Under the pieces are notes generated by a model. It saw only the letters and a program-made list of their open reading frames with translations. It was not told where the DNA came from and did not search any database. DNA of 64,000 bases from an uncultured bacterium (GTDB lineage Bacteria; Oederibacteriota; Oederibacteriia; Oederibacteriales; Oederibacteriaceae): positions 1,760,001-1,824,000 of the forward strand of contig OZ218778.1 in the NCBI GenBank assembly GCA_965112635.1, read 5' to 3'. This document shows positions 57,782 through 64,000 of the stretch, one piece after another (the first letter of the stretch is position 1; each line of letters begins with the position of its first letter). The position numbers were made by a program, and so were the translations under genes.

Positions 57782-60700
57782 ATGAAGCTGGAAGGCATGT
57801 TAAAAAAAATAGGGAAGGCGGTCGTCCTGGCTCTGGTCCTGGGCCTGGGGATGATGCCTTTGGCCTATGCCGGCACCCGCATCAAAACCGTGGAATTTTT
57901 CCTGGGCCAGTATGAGATGGGGCAGGTCAATCTTATCCCTGCCCTTGAGTTTGACACCCCGTCCAAAACCATCGCCCTTCCAGAATCCTCTATTGTTGTC
58001 CGTTCAGCCTGGGTGGACATGCATTTTGTCAGCCAGGATCAAACCAATTTTGAAGCCAATTTTACCGCTGTCACCTTGACGGCAGGCTCTGCGATAGGTT
58101 TTGCCAGCACCAGCAAATTCGCCGCGGCGACAGACAGCCATGATAATGCTTATCATGTGAGATATGACTTTACTTCGGCCCTGCAAACTTTGACCACCGG
58201 CCAATGGAATACTGGTCAAAGTGTTCAGGCCAAGATCAAATTTTTTGCCGCTACCAATTTCCATGCGGTCAAGCTGTATATCACCTATGAGTATGATGAT
58301 ACTTCCGCCACCCAGCTAAAAACCGTCAGATTCCCCCTGGATTCTATGGTGGGAGATTTGACCGTAGCTGACCTTCCTTGTACCGTGATGATCCCTCCAG
58401 CGGAAAGAAGTTCCCCGGGATACAGCTTGAAAGACGCCTGGTTCGAAGTGCACGGGCAGATGGATTATATCTCCGGTGCCATGACCGTAACCGCCCAGAT
58501 CTACCAGAGCGGCACTCCCCAGGGGTCTCCTTCCCAGGGAGGCTGTATCCCTTTGATCACCGGGAACGCTAATTTTGAGTGGACTTATTTTTACGATAAT
58601 ACAGCCAACCTGGCTCTGGATGGCACAACCCAAAGCCTGCGTTTAACGGCCAAGATGGGCAGTTTCCTGCATCCGGGCGGAGAACTGGTGGTCACTTACC
58701 AGGCCACCAATGATGTTATGGGCGCCTTAAAGACCGTGGAAATACCCCTGGCCCAGGGAGTTCTGGCCAATCAAGGTCCTGCCACTTTTACAATTCTGAA
58801 TTATCTCCAGGATAGCGGGGCCAACATACAAAAAATGTGGGCCAGGGTCAGAGGCGTCTGCAATGTGAACACTTATTCGGCCATTACTATTACCGGTGTG
58901 GCCAATGGCACACCAACGGGTCAGTTTGCTTATGAAATGTTTAGTTCCGGCGGCGGTTCAGATACCATGAATGAATACGAACTCATTTATGAAATGACCC
59001 AGCCCTATGCCAACCCCATGACCGTGACCCTGACCGCTACCGGCGGCTCCTCGCCCAGCGCTGTCCTGCTGATAACCTATGGTTGGAATAAGAACCAGAA
59101 TGGACATGAGTTCAAGACGCACCGGCAGCTGATAGGACAGGAAACCAGCCCTTTCCTGTCCGGGACAGTGGGAAATGTGACCGTTTATGCCCCTGAAACT
59201 AATACCAAAACCAAACAGGCTGCTTACGCGGATTGGACCTATTTTGCCGATGCCAATTCTACCAACTGGTGGGTCAGCACTACCATATCCGCGGGTTCGG
59301 GTATGGCCCCAGCTTATGCCGCATTAGACAACAGCTATAAACAGACAGAAGGGATCAACCCAGACCTGAGTAGTGCTGTTTCTGTTTTGAATGCTTCCAA
59401 TGGTCCTTATAGTTTTAATAGGAGCGGCTTTGTCATCGGTATGATGGGCGGGGATATGATCGTGACTTATGATGTAGCTTTCCCCACTTCCACCCCAACA
59501 AGTACGCCCCCGCCGTCAACGTCAACTCCCACTACTTCTCCGACCCGGACGGCTACGGTTACGCCAACTGGAACGGCAACAACAACACCTACATCCACCT
59601 CTACTAGAACTGCCACTAATACGGTTACTCCAACTTCCACATCGACAACCACCGTTACACTGAGTCAAACAGCTTCGGTCACTCCCAGCCTGACAATCAC
59701 TCCCACTGGAACCCAGACACTCACGCAGACCTATACCGCCGGTCCCAGCCAGACGGCTACAATGACCCCTACGAGCACAACCACGATGACGGTAACAGCA
59801 ACCCCTTCAGCAACGTTGACTATGACTACCACAGTCACGCAGACAGCCACACCGAATGGCGGCGGGACGACGATGCTGGATGCGATGACTGGGTTCAGCC
59901 TAGGTAGCGACCCGTGCGGCTACTTTCCTTTGCCAAGTGGTTCCATTACTCTTTCTAAAAATTCCAGTAACTATTACGATTGTTGCAATTCTTTACAAAT
60001 ATCCAACCTTACAAGCACTGGTACTATGGTGCAGATAAAAGTTGAAGATATCACAGGTTCTCCCCAGGATTGGTCCTGTTATTCATCCGTGTCTTTTTGG
60101 ATAATGGCAACTACTTCCGGGGTGCAATATCGGATTGGTTTAAGAGACAACTCCAGTAACTGGACTTGGTCAAGCACCAGTCCGCTTACTTGTCCAACCA
60201 GCTGGACGCAAGTAACCGTCCAGTTGCAAATGTTGGGAAATCCTACCGGATACGACGGATTTAAAAGCGGTTACCTAGGCCCTAATGACTTTAGCCAACT
60301 AACTTGCGTGGAAATCGAATGTGATACGGCCAATGCGACCATACTAATGAATGACCTGGCGTTAGAAGGTAGTCCCTGCACACCTTCTCCCACGCCGTCT
60401 GGGTCGACCTATACTTATTCCTATACCTATACTTACACAACACCGCCGACCAACACCAATACCAATACTCCCACGCCTAGCAGCGCCACCTTGTACCTGT
60501 TGAATACGACAACGGGTGATTCCAGTTTGTGGTATATGGACAAAACCAACCCGTCGCCCTCCACGGATACCACCACAATTCTTTCCACGGGGACCACGGC
60601 GGCTGGTAACTATTTCCTCGTTGAGCCTGGTGTGGCCAATTCCACCTCTTCAGGCACTGTTCTTCCCACTACTTTCAGCCAGATGGGCTGGAGAAGTCCA

Positions 60701-63700
60701 AATACTTCAGGCGGGACCATTTCAGCAGGGAACTGGACCGTTAATGTGAGCCTGACCAATAAGGCGGCCAGGTCCCACAAAGGATATGTCTGGGTCAGGT
60801 TCTGGAAGAGTTCCAACCCTGACGGCAGTGCAGCCACGGCTCTCAGCCCCTGGAACGAAAGCCCGAATCTGCTCAGTTTTCCTGCCTCGGTGACCACACT
60901 AGCGGATACTTTCAACGTTTCCATGCCGCTGGTGACCCTAAATAACGAATACCTTTTTGCGGAATACCTCTGGTTGATACAGACCGCGGGCCTTTCCAAT
61001 ACAGGGTTAAAATTTGTGGCCAATGAGGCCACCGGAGAGACCCTAGTTCTACCGGGATTTATTACTTTTACCCAGACCCCTACGCTGACTATGACGCCTA
61101 CGGTTACCGCGACACCCGGGGGCGGCTCTCAGGTTTTTTATAACGGCGAGCCGGGGGGAGGATTTAGCGATGCAGATTGCGGCGGTGCCTGTGATTATAT
61201 TGACACGGGTGGCGGCCATGGTGGAGCGGTCACTGAGGACGGAGCCAGTGCACATTCCGGATCCTATGGTTTTGATTTTACCTATAATACTAGTGCTGCG
61301 GATACAGATGGTTACTTTTCCTGGACCTGGACGACCAACTATCCCAGCAGGGCCATCAACATCAACTCCTACGATACCGTGTCTTTCTGGATAAAATCGA
61401 ACAGCACCAGGAACACAGATACTCTCTTCTTTTATTTGTTTGACATTAACAATGTGGCCACGAGCTCCCTGGATATTGAGCCATATATCGCTGGAGGGGG
61501 GCCTGTCAATCTTTCGTGGAAACAGGTCTCCATACCCCTTTGGGCGTTTACTTATGGCACTTTTAATAAAACCCAAGCCGCGGGTTTTGAAATAGACCTC
61601 AGCGACTCCGCCCTCACCGGGCCGGTGACCCTGCATATGGATGACGGATATTTCATGTTCTCCGGAGTGGGCACTCCCACCACTACACCCACACCAACGG
61701 CCACACCGAATGGCAGTTGCCCTAATAACCCCGCAATGTCAAATATCAGCATAGGGGTTGGTTCGGGGTATTCCAACTATAATGCCGGAACCTATACTGT
61801 CAATGGAATGGGCAATGGTGTTACAAATAGCGCTGATTCGTTCGACCTGGATTATCTAAGCGTTACGGGAAACAGTATTACGATGGTAGCCAGGGTGACG
61901 GGGGCTACTTATAACTCCGGCATCACAATCAGAAATAGCACCGGCAACGCCGCGGCCTTGGTCGCGCTGTCCATGAATAACAGCGGCATGCTTTACTGTT
62001 TATACCGGTACAACGACGGTATGGTAGCCAATAGCACTTATTATGGAACATATTCCTTCCCTTACTACCTTAAGATCATCCGCTATGGAAGCAGTAATTT
62101 TGATCTCCAGATATCAGCGGATGGCAACACTTGGAATGAGTTGACTTTTCTGAACGGGGTATCTTTAGGCAGTACGGTTGCTGTGGGACTCGAGACCTGG
62201 GATGGCACTGACACGGTCACGGCCACCGGAACTTTTGATAATGTTTGTATTCAAAGCTCCGGGGGGGTCAGTACCCCAACCTATACCCAGACCCTGACAC
62301 CCACGCCATCAGGACCGACCAATACTATTACCAATACCTTTACTATTACCAATACGATTACCCCTTCCTTTACCCCTGTGGGAGCGACCTATACCAACAC
62401 CCCCGTTTCCTGCGGGTGGTCCGAGGCGTTGCTGAGCCCGGCTGAACAGCCCTGGCAGTCGGGATACAACGATACGCAGCCTGGCACCAACGCTCCTTAT
62501 CCAGTTGCCGGGGTAGCCAACCTGGGGCAGGGGATAGCCAATTTCGGCTGCGGCCAGGGCTATATTGCCACCAATTCGGACCAGGATGTCTACCAGTTCC
62601 GCATTCTGAGCTCGGACATCAATAACGGCACCTGCACCAATATGCTTAAGATAGTTTTCACTCCCCCGTCCACTAGTGATAGTTATTATTGTAATCTTTA
62701 TCACTGGAGCGGCTCTTCCTGGCAATCTTCGAATAGCCACAGCGGGGGCAGTGCCATGACCTTTTATTGCGATCTGTCCGCGGGCGGGAACCAGGATTTT
62801 TATATGGTCATCGGCAGCCAAAGCGGTTCCGACCAAGGTCATCCCTATGTGGTCCAGATGTCTATGTTGCAAACCGGGACTATCAGCGGCGTAGTGACGG
62901 CCGTTGGCGTGGGGGCTTCTGGGTCAAGCGGCATTGGAGTCTCGGCATGCGATTCTCAGAGCAATAGTTTTGGCGGGAGCTCCACGAACTCCTCAGGGGC
63001 CTACACGGTCCGTGTGCCAATCAATACGACGGTTTCCAAGATTACCGCGACGCGCGGATGGTACTACGGATGCGCCAGTGACTGGTCCTATGGAACTTCG
63101 GTACTTAACTACGGCGCCGGGGAGGTACTGGCCTCTCAGTGCCAAAGTCTGACCAACCAAAATTTCAATGTTTATCCTGACGCGATCTTAAAAGGAAATA
63201 TAACAGGGCTGACCAACGGGACCAGTATCAATATGAAGATCAGTGACCCCTATGGCTCCAATTTTTCAAATTACGTGCAATTTAACTATAATTCTTCCGC
63301 CCCGACCTATTATGAGATCCACAACGCCATGCCGCGCACCTATGATCTATCCGTTTATCCCAGCGATGCTACTAAAGCCCCGCTGTTCTTCCATAATATA
63401 ACCGTCACGGATGGCTTGCAGACCACCCAGAACTGGAACTTTATCTCGGGCGGCAGCATCAGCGGGACGATCTCGCCGACGGATCCCGGCGTGGAGGTAG
63501 ACTTTTACGAGGGAGGGACCAATTTTTCAGGGGATCCCATTTATACGACCAGGACCGCTTCTGGTGCTTCCTACTTTATGACCAATATGCAACCGGGTAG
63601 TTATGATATAAAGCTCAGCTCCGGTGGTGGTGGCCCGGCACCCTTTTACGCCTATAACTCAATACCCGTGACCAATGGCAACAACACCAACCAGCCGATC

Positions 63701-64000
63701 ACCGGCCTGAACGGCAATAGCACCATTTCCGGCCAGGTCTTTGACACCGCAGGTTATGGAGCCGGGAACCTTACCCTCATAGGATACAGGGTCGGAGATA
63801 ACGTCATGCAGTTGGCTATCCCTATGATGATGGTAACTCCGGTAGGGTCGGCTTCACCTTATACCTATACTTTGCCAGTGGATACCACTTATGGGGGCTC
63901 GTGGAACATTGCGTTGATTGCCAATTTGCAATCCAATAGCTGGCCGACCTTCCTGGACGCCCTTGCTAATGTTCCAGCAGGATCCACAGGCCAGAATCTT
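57782..64000 (+). CDS. Giant secreted multidomain surface protein (>2070 aa, runs off window; missing from ORF track)
   Basis: ATG 57782 with signal peptide (KAVVLALVLGLGMMPLAYA). Sampled segments read in one frame up to 64000 (...LANVPAGSTGQNL). Contains four N-terminal repeats, Pro/Thr linkers, and CBM-like, ConA-like, PPC-like and carboxypeptidase-regulatory-like domains. Confidence 0.85.
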   Translation, partial: MKLEGMLKKIGKAVVLALVLGLGMMPLAYAGTRIKTVEFFLGQYEMGQVNLIPALEFDTPSKTIALPESSIVVRSAWVDMHFVSQDQTNFEANFTAVTLTAGSAIGFASTSKFAAATDSHDNAYHVRYDFTSALQTLTTGQWNTGQSVQAKIKFFAATNFHAVKLYITYEYDDTSATQLKTVRFPLDSMVGDLTVADLPCTVMIPPAERSSPGYSLKDAWFEVHGQMDYISGAMTVTAQIYQSGTPQGSPSQGGCIPLITGNANFEWTYFYDNTANLALDGTTQSLRLTAKMGSFLHPGGELVVTYQATNDVMGALKTVEIPLAQGVLANQGPATFTILNYLQDSGANIQKMWARVRGVCNVNTYSAITITGVANGTPTGQFAYEMFSSGGGSDTMNEYELIYEMTQPYANPMTVTLTATGGSSPSAVLLITYGWNKNQNGHEFKTHRQLIGQETSPFLSGTVGNVTVYAPETNTKTKQAAYADWTYFADANSTNWWVSTTISAGSGMAPAYAALDNSYKQTEGINPDLSSAVSVLNASNGPYSFNRSGFVIGMMGGDMIVTYDVAFPTSTPTSTPPPSTSTPTTSPTRTATVTPTGTATTTPTSTSTRTATNTVTPTSTSTTTVTLSQTASVTPSLTITPTGTQTLTQTYTAGPSQTATMTPTSTTTMTVTATPSATLTMTTTVTQTATPNGGGTTMLDAMTGFSLGSDPCGYFPLPSGSITLSKNSSNYYDCCNSLQISNLTSTGTMVQIKVEDITGSPQDWSCYSSVSFWIMATTSGVQYRIGLRDNSSNWTWSSTSPLTCPTSWTQVTVQLQMLGNPTGYDGFKSGYLGPNDFSQLTCVEIECDTANATILMNDLALEGSPCTPSPTPSGSTYTYSYTYTYTTPPTNTNTNTPTPSSATLYLLNTTTGDSSLWYMDKTNPSPSTDTTTILSTGTTAAGNYFLVEPGVANSTSSGTVLPTTFSQMGWRSPNTSGGTISAGNWTVNVSLTNKAARSHKGYVWVRFWKSSNPDGSAATALSPWNESPNLLSFPASVTTLADTFNVSMPLVTLNNEYLFAEYLWLIQTAGLSNTGLKFVANEATGETLVLPGFITFTQTPTLTMTPTVTATPGGGSQVFYNGEPGGGFSDADCGGACDYIDTGGGHGGAVTEDGASAHSGSYGFDFTYNTSAADTDGYFSWTWTTNYPSRAININSYDTVSFWIKSNSTRNTDTLFFYLFDINNVATSSLDIEPYIAGGGPVNLSWKQVSIPLWAFTYGTFNKTQAAGFEIDLSDSALTGPVTLHMDDGYFMFSGVGTPTTTPTPTATPNGSCPNNPAMSNISIGVGSGYSNYNAGTYTVNGMGNGVTNSADSFDLDYLSVTGNSITMVARVTGATYNSGITIRNSTGNAAALVALSMNNSGMLYCLYRYNDGMVANSTYYGTYSFPYYLKIIRYGSSNFDLQISADGNTWNELTFLNGVSLGSTVAVGLETWDGTDTVTATGTFDNVCIQSSGGVSTPTYTQTLTPTPSGPTNTITNTFTITNTITPSFTPVGATYTNTPVSCGWSEALLSPAEQPWQSGYNDTQPGTNAPYPVAGVANLGQGIANFGCGQGYIATNSDQDVYQFRILSSDINNGTCTNMLKIVFTPPSTSDSYYCNLYHWSGSSWQSSNSHSGGSAMTFYCDLSAGGNQDFYMVIGSQSGSDQGHPYVVQMSMLQTGTISGVVTAVGVGASGSSGIGVSACDSQSNSFGGSSTNSSGAYTVRVPINTTVSKITATRGWYYGCASDWSYGTSVLNYGAGEVLASQCQSLTNQNFNVYPDAILKGNITGLTNGTSINMKISDPYGSNFSNYVQFNYNSSAPTYYEIHNAMPRTYDLSVYPSDATKAPLFFHNITVTDGLQTTQNWNFISGGSISGTISPTDPGVEVDFYEGGTNFSGDPIYTTRTASGASYFMTNMQPGSYDIKLSSGGGGPAPFYAYNSIPVTNGNNTNQPITGLNGNSTISGQVFDTAGYGAGNLTLIGYRVGDNVMQLAIPMMMVTPVGSASPYTYTLPVDTTYGGSWNIALIANLQSNSWPTFLDALANVPAGSTGQNL
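59480..59855 (+). repeat. Long Thr/Pro-rich coding linker within the giant protein
   Basis: PTSTPTSTPPPSTSTPTTSPTRTATVTPTGTAT... Shorter copies occur near 60380-60480, 61060-61120, 61670-61710 and 62270-62400. Confidence 0.8.

Noticed and set aside
59480-59855. Possible CRISPR or DNA-level tandem array
   Set aside because: The repetition is at the amino-acid level (Thr/Pro) with varied codons. No constant repeat-spacer structure was seen here or elsewhere in the window, and no cas genes.
57867-63152. Many short track ORFs in the last 6 kb
   Set aside because: Alternative-frame or antisense shadows of the single giant ORF starting at 57782.

Overview
A 64 kb stretch of chromosome from a bacterium that appears to be diderm (several outer-membrane beta-barrel genes). 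Multiple PorV/FadL-family paralogues and Pro/Thr-linker secreted proteins suggest an Elusimicrobiota-like or related candidate-phylum lineage, but that is inference only. Most of the window is housekeeping: galU, metK-ahcY, tRNA-Phe, ribD-ribE-ribBA-ribH-nusB, infC-rpmI-rplT, pheST, zapA-6S RNA-rarA-fau, HU and proBA-nadD-rsfS. A carbohydrate and nutrient region lies at the left (GH127, CstA, GH20, GNAT). Two things stand out. (1) 50.7-64 kb is a compact operon-like cluster. It encodes a signal-peptide-bearing FliF-ring-domain/FliG fusion, MotA and MotB, a secreted protein with tandem Ig-like repeats, a TPR protein, a PorV-family barrel and a >2070-aa secreted multidomain protein. No flagellar export, rod, hook, FliM/FliN or chemotaxis genes are present in the window. 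This is a candidate non-flagellar, non-switching rotary motor linked to surface-protein secretion or display. (2) 11.8-16.5 kb is an AT-rich insert bounded by a 10-bp direct repeat between GH20 and GNAT. It carries a fragmented Rhs gene with an orphan toxin tip, a putative immunity gene split by an IS256 (8-bp TSD), a truncated FG-GAP gene and a Y1/RAYT-type transposase flanked by perfect 26-bp inverted repeats. Two real genes are absent from the ORF track because they run off the window edges: an acyl-CoA dehydrogenase at left and the giant secreted protein at right. All family calls come from motif recognition by eye; no searches were run.
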